A stretch of DNA of 64,000 bases from Octopus sinensis (lineage: Eukaryota): NCBI RefSeq assembly GCF_006345805.1, contig NC_042998.1, positions 93,682,001-93,746,000 of the forward strand, read 5' to 3'. This document shows positions 12,745-27,888 of this stretch, piece after piece. A program made the position numbers and the translations under genes. Each line of letters opens with the position of its first letter. Positions within the stretch are counted from its first letter, which is position 1. Below the pieces are notes generated by a model. It had not been told where the DNA came from. It searched no databases and saw nothing but the letters and a program-made list of their open reading frames with translations.

Positions 12745-12895
12745 AAGGCGGCGATCTGGTAGAATCAATTCTCCAATTCCGCCAAGATCGACTTTGCCTG
12801 TCATCCTTTCGTGGTCAATAAAATAAGTACCAGTTGCGCACTAGAATCAATGTAATCGATGTAGCCCATTCTCTGAATTTTCTGAACCCAGTATA
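12745..12895 (+). mobile_element. SINE family A copy (internally deleted)
   Basis: aaggcggcgatctggtagaatc...gactttgcctgtcatcc...aagtaccagttgcgcact. Confidence 0.7.
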
Positions 12896-13485
12896 TTAGA
12901 CATATCATTTTTTAGTATTCTAAATCATTACACACTGTCACCTGTCACTTTATTTCCTCCCAATATCGATTTCACTACTTACCTTTTGAATTTCAATCGG
13001 ATATCCGGGTGTGAGCCGTATAATAGTTGTACAACGGCCGAGTTGATATATAAAATTACATCTTTAATTACCAGATTGCTACCTCAAAACAGTTAATGTC
13101 TCGAGCAAATATATGTATATTTGTGTTTATGTATGTAAGTCTCCATGTATGAGTGTGCGTTTGAAGGTGTAAAACTGGAGATAGCTGAGTGGATAAGATG
13201 TTGAACGATCTGTGTAAGTGAGATAGGTTCGAATCCGTTTCTGATGTCTGTTCAGGACAGAACGTTTCACATTTAGTTGCCGATAATAAGTTCCAGATGA
13301 ATCTGCTGACATACCTTATTAAAGTACACGAATCGGCTCAGTTGATTGTAATTAACAGCCCGCATACAATAATTTATTCCAATTTATACTCCCGTTCCAC
13401 GGGGAAATCCTTATTAGATCATTATGAGGGAACTTTGCAATGGTCAAACAACCCCTAACCCCACATATACGTATGCATGTATATG

Positions 13486-13530
<45 letters not shown>

Positions 13531-13538
13531 TATATAAC

Positions 13539-13592
<54 letters not shown>

Positions 13593-14350
13593 CAGATATA
13601 TACATTTATATATGTGTATATATTTATGTGTTTCTGTACATAAGTATGTATACAAACACGCACACACATACACATATATATTTATGTATGCATCATGCAT
13701 ATATATATCATATGAATATATGTGTTTGTATGTATTCATATATATATATATATATATATATATTTGGATGCATGTATATATATATGCATGTACGCTTATA
13801 CACACTGAAACCTTGTATGAAGTTATACCTATCTCATTTTCACTTTCTTTGAAGGTATCGTCCTGGTTCTCTTCAACCTCTCATGCTGGTCAGTGGTGCA
13901 CTTTGATTACGCTTGGCAACGCATACAATAAGCAACACATGTACTTAGCAACACGCGCGCTTAGCAACATGCGCACTTAGCAACACACGCACTTCAGCTG
14001 TTACCCATTTGAGAGAATTAAGCAAGTACTTGAAACCATCCCCCGTGATATGTTGTACAACTTCACACACACAACCAACATTTTCTATATGAATAAAATA
14101 TGGAATAATAACTGCTGGAATGCTTTTCATTATAGACCTACTCGATTGGGTTGATCAGTGGACTAAACAACAGCACAAACAATAGCGACAACAATAACAG
14201 CAACAACACAACAGCAACATATTAATCATTGCTATTCATATAAGAGACATGCTAGCCACCCAGAAGATGAATTAATTCGAGCTTCATTAGCCTAAATTGA
14301 TTTTTAAATTTTAACCCAATGCTCTACATGCTATTATTTGTAGCATTTTC

Positions 14351-14565
14351 AAGGCGGTGAGCAGGTAGACTCCTTAGCACGCTTAGTGAAATGCTTCGTG
14401 GCATCTCATCCGTCGTTACGTTTTGAGTTCAAATTCCGCCGGGGTCGACTTTGCCTTTCATCCTTTCAAAGTCGGTAAAATAAGTACCAGTTGAGCACTG
14501 GGATCGATATAATCGACTTATTCTATCCCACTAACTTGCTGGCTTTGTGATAGAATTTGAAACTA
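14351..14565 (+). mobile_element. SINE family A copy
   Basis: Head, B box gagttcaaattcc, core and tail are all recognisable. Confidence 0.8.
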
Positions 14566-14999
14566 TTATAGTATTATCTGCTTCAAACTCCATTGTTAAA
14601 AACAATTTGTTTCATCTCTTGAAGTCTCTAAATTCATATGATGTAAACAACATACAACTCTTGATAAGAAAAATCCTTCTAAAATGCATGAAGAAAATTC
14701 AAAGTATTGCTTTGGTATAATGGCAGGACGTCTGGAATATGTGTGTGTTCGAGTGCCACGAGCAGCTTTCAACGTCTTTCTATCCATTGGTCTTTTTAAC
14801 CCAAATTCTACATACAATTATTTATAGCTTATGTACTTTGTGCTCCACCGTTAAAAAACTGTTTATTAGGAAAAGTTGTTACGGAATTAATACCTCGGGC
14901 TTTATTTTCTAGTACATGCTTGCATGTTATCAATTGCCTAAATGTTGTATATTTGCCCAATCCTGCGGACACGTTTGTATATTATTAACTAGACACAAA

Positions 15000-15154
15000 G
15001 AAGTTCTCTTCCCAACCACATGGTTTCGGGTTTTGTCTCACTGTGTGGCACCTTGTGCAAATGTCTTCTGCTACATCATCGGGCAGATCAAAGCCTTTTA
15101 AGTGGATTTGATAGACAGAAATTGATAGAAACCCGACGAAGCACATTGTGTATT

Positions 15155-15233
<79 letters not shown>

Positions 15234-15420
15234 AACACTACTTGACAACTGGTGTTAGTTTGATTTATATCCTCGTAACTTAGCGGTTCGGCCTAAGAAG
15301 CTATAGAATAAATACTAAACTAAAAAAGAATAAGTATTGGGGTATATTTATTCGACTAAACCCTTTGAAGCAGTGCCCCAGTATGGCCGCAGTTTAATGA
15401 CTGAAGTAAAAAAATAAGAA
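15000..15420 (+). mobile_element. tRNA-derived SINE, family B, with internal (GT)n
   Basis: cccaaccacatggtttcggg...gtggcaccttg...gtggatttgatagac. Other copies at 21962, 25196, 33625, 40412(-), 44161/49308, 55621 and 62515(-). Confidence 0.8.
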
Positions 15421-16702
15421 ATAAGAAAAGGTGTTTTTTGTTAGTTTAGTTATTCTTATTTCCTTTCACCTGCTTTTAATAGTCATTTGTGTACCATACT
15501 TAATGTCTACACGTTATCGATCGGCTAACTACAGCAATATTTGTTCCGTGATATAAGAAATTTATCTCAGGACAAAAATTGCAGTAGCTGACCTAGCCTA
15601 TATACATTAAGTATGATATATAGATGGCTGTTTTAATTTTAATGGCTTAGAACTGGATTTGGTCACCTTCATAATAAAAATATTTTGATAGTCAAATGAC
15701 TGTTCTTCATTTCTTTAAGCGTCATCATTAAGAATTTCTTAACTTAACCTAAAACAGGACAAATGGCTGTTTTATGAAGGTATTGATTTATCATTATATA
15801 CATATGTTAAGTCATAGTCAGCAAGTTGTGACTGAAAGTATTCATAAGTGTAAATATTGGATTGACTAAATGAATACAAGTACTAACATGCTTCAGATAA
15901 AATGGCTGAAAGGTTTAACGGAATACACTAGGCAAATAACAAAGTCAATAGCTTTTCCATAATAAACGTAGTAACAACAAACTTAATATTGTTTTATTTA
16001 CAAAAACATCAAAATATTTGCGCCTCCATCGAAAAACATCACCATGGACGAAAAGCTCAGACAAGATTTCTGTACTAAATCTGAAATAGAGTAAGTTGGT
16101 AATTCTGTTTGATATTGTGTAACTAATAACCGAATTATGCTGTAAAATCTTTCTATTTACACATATTGATTAACCAGTATTCGATACGCATATCATGCAA
16201 AATACGTTTAAAACAAACGTGTTTTACTATCTAGTATAGAAAACTTGTCCTTACATGTCTTTAACGACATACAACTTGCGCAGTCAGCAAATATATCTCA
16301 GTAATCGGATCGTTTGGAAACAATTCCAATTGAAATCATTTTCTGATGCAAGAGCGAAAAGACTGAATAGATTTTTCCACTGCCCCCACAGGCTTCGGAA
16401 TATCTGCGCTAAATGTTGGTAACTAATCCAGCAATTCCCACTAATTTCATATTTGGACTGTTCTCCGTCATATTACCATTATAATTAGTTGAATTGGAGA
16501 ATTGAGTGGTAACTATTCCAGAGAAAACTAACATTGCTTTGGATAGGATACGAAACAATAATGACGGATGTTTTGGAGAAACATAAAACTATAAAGTTTG
16601 TAAATTAGTGAAAGCAACGATGACAATATGCACACGCACAAACACACACATTTACATAACATACTCACATACGCACACATATACGTGCACATGTATGTAT
16701 TC

Positions 16703-16761
<59 letters not shown>

Positions 16762-16789
16762 TATATCTATCTATCTATCTATATACAAT

Positions 16790-19700
16790 ATTAAGGATTC
16801 TGGAGAGAATCGGGTACTTAAATGATATGCACCAGGTTGGGTTGAATTAACCTGTAAGTACCACCTTTATATATATACTGGGTACTGAAGTACATCCAGT
16901 AAAATATTCAGGTTGTGAATACAGAGAAAACCACCCCTACGTATATTGGCACACGTTATGTTGATCACACGGTGCTTGGTATACTCTACAATGTTCAACG
17001 GGTCGTGAATCCCTTTTGGTGTATTATTAGCAAATGAATAGATAACAGGCGATGGATAGATGTCAGTTCATTACAACTGTTTCTTATGCATTTTTATTAG
17101 ATGAATGAGTACATTACATTATTGCAAAAAACCGTATTCATCAGATGGTACATATAATTTCAAAACAATATAAGATCACTAACACTCCATGAACACAGTG
17201 GGAACACGCCTATGAATGGGGGAAATGACCATGAATGGGTGAAAACAAGACATAGGCAATAATGACCGTTAAAGGGGTGGAAATACATTAAGAACTTAGC
17301 TAGTGAGTAGCGGTAAGATGAGATTTATAGCCACCATACCATTTAGAGAGCCCGTCAGGAGTTGAGGCTGTAAGTTGGAGTCAGCTTCCTTATAAAAGAC
17401 AGAGATGAAGTGTAGGTAATTATATATGTATTTTTATGTTATTCGTTTTATGACATTAGGCTCAGAAATGTGAATAGCAATAATTAAACCCAAGACAATG
17501 TAAATAAATAAAAGCAACTAAGTACCAGATATGAGTGCAGCATACCCCTGTTAAAGATTAAAATTTAAAAAGAGGAGGGGAGAGATAAAGTTCAGAATTT
17601 AGGGTTATACAAGAGATGGTGGTTATGGTTGGGTAGGGTTGGAACTGGAGCTCAGGTAATTAATCTAATAGCTGTAGATTGGTAGTATCTCGTGTGATTG
17701 CCTTTTTTCCTGGTAAAGAAATATAAAGATAGGATGTTAATATAAATACAAATATATTGTAGGTGTTAGACAAACATGCTTGTAGCAAGAAGACATGTGT
17801 ACCTGAAATGGAATTATTATTATTATAAATAATGTGCAAGGAAATAACGGGAAGTAGTATTAGTGTACTACTTCTCATTTCAATTATAGAGTTCGAAGAA
17901 TAAAAAAATACCTAATATATGTCACCTAATACGAGAAGAAGAGGGCATAGCAAATCAGATATCTTAGTAAGCTACCGGATATGCAATTATCTATTAATTA
18001 ACTTTTTAGTTTGTTTTATATGTGTTGTGAATATTATTAAATTAGAATGTATAATTCGCTATTATATACGCTAAATCAGGTTGTATACCACGGACCAATA
18101 GTCGTAGGTAGAAAGGTTCAGATGATGTGTTCTTTCATTATCATGTGCAGCACAAATAAAAATTACTCGGTATAAAGATTACTTACGGATAGAACTAGTG
18201 GAATTGGAAAATCTCGCTAGGGTGTATAGGCTGTTATTTTATAGGTTAGATACGATCGGATACCGTAAATACATAATACTACACAAAACTAGCTAGAAGA
18301 TTCATTCCTTCATTATCACATACTTCCAAATAATATTATCAGGGTAATTAGGGATAGAATGTGTTGGAAAGGGGAAAAGGAGCAGACTCGTCAAAAGATC
18401 ACACAAATCATTGGACTTTCGAGCCTACATATGAGAAAGGTAGTGGGACTGGGGTTGTTTTGTCTTTGGCTAAAAACTAAAATAGATGTTATGTGATGCT
18501 CTTAATATTTGAAGGTACGGATTACTTTATGGATACATGAAAGACGAAGGGGCAATTTATTATTAATTAAATTTTCATTATTTGTTCGCTTTCATATTTC
18601 GTACAGCTCCATACAGCATAGCTTGTACACGTATCTGCTGCTAGAGTATGGTTTTGCGACCCTAAATATATCTCATTTCAAGTCGAATCTAACGTCATCA
18701 TCTGTGAGTTCCCAAATCTTCGTGGCTAATGAGGCTCTGCCTGCCCTATGTTTTAATTCGAAGGATGATACATGATTGCGTAAGCGCTGCTTCAAATTTA
18801 CATAAGTATCCGTCTCCGTCACTACATTACACCTGTAAACTACATTTTCGGCCACACATTGATCAGAAAGCGGGCATAAATTTTTATCTAAACAATTGCA
18901 TCCATTTTTGGTCATGACATGATTGTTAATACGAGTGAGCCTTCCTATAATATTACATCCTATGGGATAAAGATCATGAGAGTTATCAATGCTCATATAC
19001 CTACTACCAGGGTTAATGCTACTGTTACTAAGGTTGTTACCATTACTATTACTTGCTAAATTTGGAGTAAAAGAATGTAGGTTATGAGCAAGGCCATAAG
19101 GGATTATGCCATCGGATTCTGACATCGAAGGGTTGAGGATGAGTAATACAACAGATTGGCTGTCGGCACTACTGTTTACGTTATGTTCAATTACCGTATC
19201 AATAACAGGAGACGATGTGTGTTGGCTTGAATTAAGGCTGGTGGAAAGAGTGTCAGAATCGTTGCCCGTAACAGGGTGAGAAAGTCGGCTGCTGCTTGAA
19301 CAATTAGTACTACTACTTTTGCTTTCAGATGCAGTAAGCCGACTGATGCTATTATTATTAGCACCACTACTAGGAAGAACTTGCTCACTAGGGATATTAG
19401 TATGTTTAGTATTATTGTCAATTAAGTCGATGGTGTTATTACGATTATCATTATTGTTAGTATTATTAGTTGGTGCGGTGCTACTTCTAATGCTTCGGGC
19501 CATGGTTATGTATTTCTTGTTCATGCCAGCTATAATCGTACCTAGATTAAAGAGGGTTGAATAGGAAGCCCTATCATTTTTTTACGGGAGAATAATAAAC
19601 AGTTATATTTATGTAACAATGGGAAGTTTCTCTTTAATATGCTAAATAATTTGCTGCATAAATTCGTATCTGTTACGTAATTCTAAGATGGATTATACCA

Positions 19701-20860
19701 TATCACGTCACTTTGATGTTTCATCAGGACAATGCGCGACCCCACACTGCAAAGATCACATCAAAGAAGATCGAAGAGCTTAGTTGGGAAAAAATTCCTC
19801 ATCCACATTCTCCCGACCTTGCTCCTTCAGACTACCATATGTTTCGTAGTTTACAGAATCATTTGGAGGCCATAACTTTCGCAAGCCAGGAGGAGGTCGA
19901 AACTGACATTTCAGAGTTTTTCGCTTTGAAACCAAAAGAGTTTTACATTGATGGGATTGAAAAGCTTGTAAATAGACGGAAGGAAGTCACAGATAATCAG
20001 GGAAGGTACATTGATGATTAAATTTCAATTAAATATAACATTTGATCACTTGTTTTCTTTATTCAAAATTTGGACAGAACTTATGGGATGACCTGATGCT
20101 TTTCGCAATCTTCTATTAGTATGCCGATTAGTTACTCCTTAGACCCCATCACCAACACAATCATGTTTATTATTTTTATTTTCCTTATTTTTGTTATTAA
20201 GGAATTTATTAGGCTTTCTAATTTCACTACCACAATTTAGGGGGTTAATATTTTTCCCATGTTATTCCTGTGTACTTCATTGTCTAGTTTGGGCGATTTT
20301 ATGAAGCCAATGTCTGCACAAGAATTAGTAGAAGCCAGTATACTCCCATCACCCTGATTTATCACACTCGCTCGGCTATGTGTTATATATTATTACTATT
20401 AACATTACCTTTAGTACACCCATCATTAATATTGATATTATAGGTGTTTCTAGTTTATAGTCATTTTTAGAAAGAGCCAAATTATAAAAATTTTAAATGT
20501 CTTTATTCGCTGAAATTTGTGTAATTCTACGTGAAATACCTTTTACTAAAAAATTAGTTACGGAGGAGTGGCGGTGATTGGAGAATTTACTAACATATTT
20601 AGTGATTTCATCCGGTTTCCTATGGGGATAGTATAAGCCGGATTTAAGGTTTCACTTGGCATCTAAGAAATTAACGGTTTTAGTTCCTTGTTCGAAAGTT
20701 AGATTGAGGTTAAAGTTTCGAAAGAATTTTCTAATTTTTTTACTCGTTCTCTCAGGGATAACTTTATTATTACTGGGTATGATAAATAGAGCGTCGATCC
20801 TATAAAGACCACCGCGAAGATCTAGGATTTCATTACTAAGGCAATGTAGAAAGTAGATTC
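16790..20860 (-). mobile_element. Old Penelope-like element (RT C-terminus, GIY-YIG, long 3' region with hammerhead core), interrupted by a mariner fragment
   Basis: 20500-20830(-) reads LRGGLYR...TVNFLD...HRKPDEITKYVSKFSNH. ORF 18673-19524 has CNC..CPL..C..NVVYRC...KQRLRNH...LATKIWEL. CTGATGA...GAAAcagttgTA at 17150-17065(-). Confidence 0.8.
19713..20098 (+). mobile_element. Mariner transposon 3' fragment (C-terminal half of the transposase plus right TIR)
   Basis: HQDNARPH...HPHSPDLAPSDYHMF motifs and a TIR-like ggacagaacttatgggatgacctga at 20072-20096. Confidence 0.9.
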
Positions 20861-20868
20861 TTATCTAT

Positions 20869-20991
<123 letters not shown>

Positions 20992-21104
20992 TACATACAT
21001 ACATACACACGTACACACACATATGCATATACGTATGTATATATATATATATATGTAGGTATGAATGTATCTCCTTACGTACTTATGTATGTATGTATCT
21101 ATGT

Positions 21105-21212
21105 GGGCCATTATTCAGTTTTATCTCCAGATTACTTGCCAATAGAGAAAGAACCGGTTTCTTACCAAGATCCAAGGCTCCTTCATTGGAATTTCAACAT
21201 CAGTAACAGATT
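21105..21212 (-). mobile_element. 3' UTR stub of the R4/Dong-like family seen at 60.7-62 kb, in (TACA)n
   Basis: Reverse complement ggagccttggatcttggtaagaaaccggttc matches 61953-61985. Flanked by (TATG)n. Confidence 0.65.
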
Positions 21213-23269
21213 ATGTATGTATGTATGTATGTATGTATGTATGTATGTATGTATGTATGTATGTATGTATGTATGTATGTATGTATGTATGTATGTATGT
21301 GTGTATGTGTGTGTATGTGTGTATTATGTATGTATGTATGTATGTATGTATGTATGTATGTATGTATGTATGTATGTATGTATGTATGTATGTATGGTAT
21401 ATACACGCACATAAACGCGCTTACTGTACAAGTCATGTCTGGTGAATAACTGTTTATCTCTAATGGACCTGGGTGCAGTTACTATGCAACTAACTGTCGC
21501 ATAGAAGCGGTTACTACTTAATTCCGTTATAACAAGGTGGAGATACTGCATCTGTGTATCGAAAGTTGTAGTATGATAAATGAGTAAGAATGCTTGCTTT
21601 TGCGTGTAACCTAAAATGTTTATGTGTGTAACCGCAGCTACTGGTGAGAACCGAAATATTTTCAGTCTATAAAGAGAAAGGATAGTTATGAGGGTGCAGA
21701 TGTTACTCTGGTATATATACAGAGGTCTAGAATTTGCAGTGATTTTGAGGACTTAACAAAGTTATTCGAGACTAAATAGAACGGTGTACGAAATTGTTTC
21801 TATGATATGAGCTGTGATTGTGTCGTTGTACGACTGAAAATGAATATATTATCATCATATATTCCTGTTAAAGAATGTTTCCGAGGTTTTTATCTTCATA
21901 TACACAGTGCAAGTTTGATTTAAGATAGTGGTACGTATATGTCTGACGCCTGTGTTCCAACAGGTTTTCTTCCTACCCACATGGTTTCGGGTTCAGTCCC
22001 ATTGTGTGGCACCTTGTGAAAGTGTCTTTTACTATCGCCTCGGGTCAACCAAAACCTTGTGAGTGGATTTGATAGAATCCACTCACTGAAGGAAGCTCGA
22101 CGTATTTATTTGTGTATAACACCTGTATTCGAACGGTTAGAGAGGCGTGAATAATGGTAGTAGCCGCGTAGTCGTGATCGTTGTGAGAGCAAAGAGGTTG
22201 TTTATGTACAGAAAGAAGAGTGCAGAGGACATGTTGAGTTGTTTGAATAAAAAACTGTAAGTGGTTCGATATTTTCAAGTCGCTCTTTGAATCCAACTAA
22301 AATCTTATATGAATCGAAAATTGGTTCCAGCTATAATTCAGACTCTGAATGGATTGCAAGCTGTCATAAAAAGGTATTACCACTTCATTTGGAAACATGG
22401 CTTTCCGATTTAATGAACACATTTTAAGGTGACTATCGAAAAAATATTATAACATATCCGTATATCATAGATATATCATAAATGTATCTTTGCTCCGACA
22501 CAGCCTATTTCATTTATTTCTCATGATTGGTGAACATTTATTTCAGAGGTTATGCTCATATCAAATTGTTTTCTGTCATCAACAACCGACAGATGCCACT
22601 TGTTATACTTACTGTCATCTATATTTTCTTGCTTTCCCAACTGACACGTATCTGTTGGTGCAATAACGTTCCTATTTGTACGTAAACTTTTCTCTTATAA
22701 TATAGATCTAAAATTGAGTCAAAGTAGATTCTCTAATTATATTTTTACGAAATAGACTCGAAAAGAAATGCCTTCATCTCTACTGTACTCCGCTTTTATA
22801 TTGATTGTCTTCGTAAACTATAGATTATTTTTTAAAGATGAAAATTGATTTTATCATTAATGTATTGTAGTTGTAACTGTACTCTGCATTATGTAAAGGT
22901 ACTATCGGTGCCTTTTTAACCAGATTTTTATAGTATAGCTTATGGTGTACTTCTATAAAAGCAGACTTAGCCGATTGGATAATATAGAAAGTACATACAC
23001 GGCCAAGAAAACAAAGAATATAAAGTTTATAATATTCATATCTACAGTAAATTCTTTCATACTGCTACGGTAATTTTAAATATTTGCCGATTCTTCTTGC
23101 TTTAATTTCTCATCTTTAGATTGATTTAGAAAGTCGGTAACTTGTGGTAAGAGATACAAAGGTTGGTGTAAAGTCGAGCAAGATGAATATCATCTGTATT
23201 CAGCCCTTTACTTTTCTTTGATAATAGTGCCCCTATATTTAATGAACCACCACAAAGCTTAGTCCTTAT

Positions 23270-23590
23270 TTTAAGTTGTGGTGGTTTGTGTCCCTCGATG
23301 ATCCTGAGAACTATACAAGTAAAGCGCAAGCTCCTAGTAGGGTCTCCCATGCTGGACAGGTCAAATGATAGAGGTCAGACTAATATCAACCACGTCGTCT
23401 CAGAAGTAGAAATGGGTTTGCAAAGTTACAGAAACATCGATGGCAATTCAAAAGCATCCAGACTTGGGATTGGAAGGCGTTCTTTCAAGGAAACGTATGA
23501 CGTGGTGCAGCAAAATCGGAAAGGACGCTGCAAAGAAGTAGGGATCCAATTGAAGACAATCCAGATTTAAGAACAGTGGAGAAAGGTCGT
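23270..23590 (+). mobile_element. Decayed RTE-like LINE 5' region
   Basis: gtagggtctcccatgctggacaggtcaa...gaggtcagactaa resembles RTE 5' UTRs. This is recognition only; no ORF supports it. Confidence 0.4.
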
Positions 23591-25195
23591 CAAAATAAGT
23601 AATATGAAAAGGCGTTTCTAGTGAGTGTAACAGCTATGGAAGAAGTTTGAGATGTCGATCGAAATGTTGCGCACGTAAAAGCAAACATCAATGTAAACAG
23701 CCAAAATATTTTTATATATTAATTCATTGACTGAACTCTCTGGAACTGTTTGCTATTATCTCCGACAATGATCATACCTTTACCTTAATTCACACCACCC
23801 TTACACTCCGAACGTGCCACTACCTATATTTAGGCGAAATATTATGTCATCTTCAAACCTAAAAACTAAAAAATCTGACATGGAGATCTCAGAGACATTA
23901 ACGAGCAAAACTAATCTATGGGAAGCGAACACTTTAACACATATGATTCTTGCCTGATGGTTATTGGTACACTCTAGAGTGTTTTTGGTTACTACTTCCC
24001 GTAGATTTTGTACGATTTAACTCTGGGTTTATGAATTAGCTAGTGGCTTGTGAATTTATTACTAACTTTGCACTTAAATGGTAGTAACCATTTGATCGTT
24101 ATTTATTCTGGGTTGTTTGTCCATGTAAATTTGTATACATTTGTGTATAAAGCAAGCTTAGATAAGTTCTTGTAGATTTGCTTATCCAATATTAGGTCTG
24201 ATATTGAGGTGTGCACAAACGCTAGAACGAAAGTTTAAACGGTTTTCGATCGAAACTCACCGGGATCTACTCCGCTTTCAAACTTTCGATTTTGATAAAA
24301 TGCGTACAAATTATACGCAAGAGTCCGTTCAATTGATGATAGCACTCCCACAGAAGTAACGGCTTGATCTAAAATGAAGTATAGTTATTAATCAATATAT
24401 CTAACACTATTCTTATTATTACACGCGTACATACATACGTACACATACACTCACACATATACACACACATACATGCGCATGCATCACATACATATACATA
24501 TATATTCATACACACGCATGCACCACATTACAGACATATATATTTGTACACACACACACACATACACATGCGTGCGCGCACGCACGCACACACGTACACA
24601 AATAAGTCGAGTTTGTGGGGTTTTGTTATAGTTTTATAGTCATCTGACATGGAGACTTTATCATCCAGTAAAATTTCATGTTAAATTATGTTCGAAACAC
24701 CAGTTTAATAACGAGAAAGTTATTCTAAATTCTTTATTCTTTTCAAAATTATATGAAATAAAAATAGTGTATTTCAACAGAAATATCTTCCGGAAATATT
24801 TCACTAAGAAACTTGAAATACGCTTTCATACATACATACATACAATTTTTCGAAATTGGAATTCTCAAAACCAGAAAGAAGAAAGCTGATTCGAAGACTA
24901 CAGATCCAATCCGTCGCTGGAACTGTAAAAATCTGTAAAACTTACAAGTTTATCCTTTAAGTATATATGAACATGTCTAGGTATGCAACTATATACATTA
25001 TTTACATTATTTACTACTGACAGATATTTGTCCTCGCCTTGCTTGTTGTTAACACAACATTTCAGCTGATATACCTTCCAGCTTTCTGTTAACAGCAAAC
25101 AAGATGACGACACATATCCGTCAATTGTAAATAATGATAATAAATTAATGTACATAATTCCTCATCTCTTAAATATAGAACTGTATTATGCAACT

Positions 25196-25540
25196 ATGTG
25201 TTGCGGGTTCTGTCTCACTGCATGGTACCTTAGACAAATGTCTTCTACAATAACCTCGGGTCGACCAAAGCCCTGTGAGAGGATTTAGTAGACGGAAATT
25301 GAAAGAAGCCCGTCGTGTGTGTGTGTATGTATTTGTGTATTTTTGTATCTCTGTTTGTCCCACACCATCGCTTGACAACTGAAGTAGGTGTATTTACGTC
25401 CACGTAACTTAGAGGTTCGGTGAACGGAACCTATAGAATAAGTATTATGTCTACAAAGAATAAGTCCCGGGGTCGATTTGTTCGACTAAAGGCGGTGCTC
25501 CAGCATCACTGCAGTCAAATGGCTAAAAGAAGTAAAAGAA
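25196..25540 (+). mobile_element. SINE family B copy
   Basis: tgtcttctacaataacctcgggtcgaccaaagcc...gactaaaggcggtgctccagcat. Confidence 0.8.
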
Positions 25541-25552
25541 TATATGCATATA

Positions 25553-25631
<79 letters not shown>

Positions 25632-25699
25632 TACATATATATATGTATGTATATATATATATATGTTTGTGTGTGTGTGTGTGTGCGTGTGTGTGTATG

Positions 25700-25738
<39 letters not shown>

Positions 25739-25880
25739 CTGTGTCTGTGTGTGCGTGTGTGTGTGAATATATATATATATTATATATATATTATATATAT
25801 ATATGTATATGTATATATATATTATATATATACATGTATATATATATATATATGTATATATATTATATGTATATATATTA

Positions 25881-26343
25881 TGTCAGGTCACTTTCGAGTG
25901 CTACTGGTAACATGTAACCCAGTACAACCTGTTGCATGGTCGGGTCGTCGGCGACTAAACCGGCAACTTCACCAAGCTTGCTTGGTGAGGAGGGTGTTTA
26001 TTGGACACTCTGCGGGATGAAAAGCAAAACCCGTGAAAGGGCGGAGGAACTCTTGAGAGTCAACGGCCATCCAATAAATGCGCGGGGACATAGAAATAAG
26101 AGGACTGAATACCCGATCGCGCGGTTAAACCATTAGGAGTGAAGGACTCCTAGCCTTTGTTAGGACATCCTTTTAGGAGAAGGTAACTCAGGTAACTGGG
26201 ATAACTCCGACATAAAACATGCGGCTCAGTGGTTACCGATGATGTTGACTTCTTTTCAGATAATGGTTGCTGTTGCTTAGTGAGTGGGATTGACGCAGTG
26301 CACAGCCTTTCCTCACTTTAAGAAAAAATCTTCTTGCACAGGC
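25881..26343 (+). mobile_element. Probable RTE-like 5' UTR fragment between (TA)n tracts
   Basis: GC-richer island containing taggagaaggtaactc and ctttaagaaaaaatcttcttgcacaggc, similar to RTE 5' regions. Confidence 0.4.
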
Positions 26344-26467
26344 ATGTATATATACATATGTATATATATATGTATATATATATATATATAGATATATATA
26401 TATATAATATGTATATATATATGTATATATGTATATATATACATATATATATGTGCATATATATATA

Positions 26468-26535
<68 letters not shown>

Positions 26536-26705
26536 ATATATATACATATATATGTATACGCATATATATATATGTATACGCATATATATATATATAATAT
26601 ATATGTATACGTATATATTTGTATATATATATATATATGTGTGTATATATATATGTTTACGTATATATGTATATATATATGTGTATATATATATGTATAT
26701 ATATA

Positions 26706-26774
<69 letters not shown>

Positions 26775-26846
26775 ATATATATATTATATATATATTAATA
26801 TATATATAATATGTATATATATATATACGTATGTGTGTGTGTGCGT

Positions 26847-26902
<56 letters not shown>

Positions 26903-27505
26903 TGTGTGTACTGCATCTTCTTCATGCTGTCGCACTACTATGTGGTCCATGATGCTTTTTCCCATCTGCAACTGCGTCAATGTTTCCAGGAATGTATCCT
27001 GTCCTTATTTCTACGAGTCATAAACAAAAATGGCGACAGCAGACCTGTCAGTGAATAAACAAGGACAATACCAACTAATAATCTCTCCTTCCTCTGTACT
27101 ATCCAAAATCTAGTGCATTATTTATCGTTGTTTTATTTTGTTTTTCTATTGTATGAAAATTGCCGAAAGCATTTTCTCTGTCGGACAGTAGTACTTTGGC
27201 GTTCTGGCTGGAATCTGCATTGTTTTGCACCATTTTGGTGAAGTTGTAATTTAGAACTAATATCAAAAATAATTCCGGTGAATAAATATCGCCAGGTTGT
27301 TCAGTGCATTGTTTCCGACGTTGATTGGAAAAAATCCAAATATCTGAAATATTCATATAAGCAGACCTAATGTCGTCTTAGAGATATTAGTCGCGACTTC
27401 TGACGAGCCAAACTGTAATGTTCCGATATATTTATATAAATTAATGCTTTCATGCAAGATTACCAAGCAGGTATGTGTGTTTACCTGCCTCAAATTACGC
27501 TTATC

Positions 27506-27584
<79 letters not shown>

Positions 27585-27681
27585 TAATCTATCTATTTAT
27601 CTATCTATCTATCTGTCTGTCTGTCTGTCCATCCATCTGTCTATCTATCTATGTTCAGCCCTGTGTGGCCAATAAAGAAAG

Positions 27682-27756
<75 letters not shown>

Positions 27757-27846
27757 CCTATATGTTTGTATATCTATGTGTATATCTGTGTGTACTTTCC
27801 CTCTTTCTCTCTCCCTCTCTGAGGTCTCTCCTTCCTGCTCATCTTA

Positions 27847-27888
<42 letters not shown>

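Noticed and set aside
25420-27058. Many YIYI/VCVC/HTHT ORFs here and throughout the window
   Set aside because: Microsatellite artefacts.
27030-27113. aaaATGGCG start of a possible host exon (MATADLSVNK...)
   Set aside because: Short frame, weak donor and no recognisable protein similarity.
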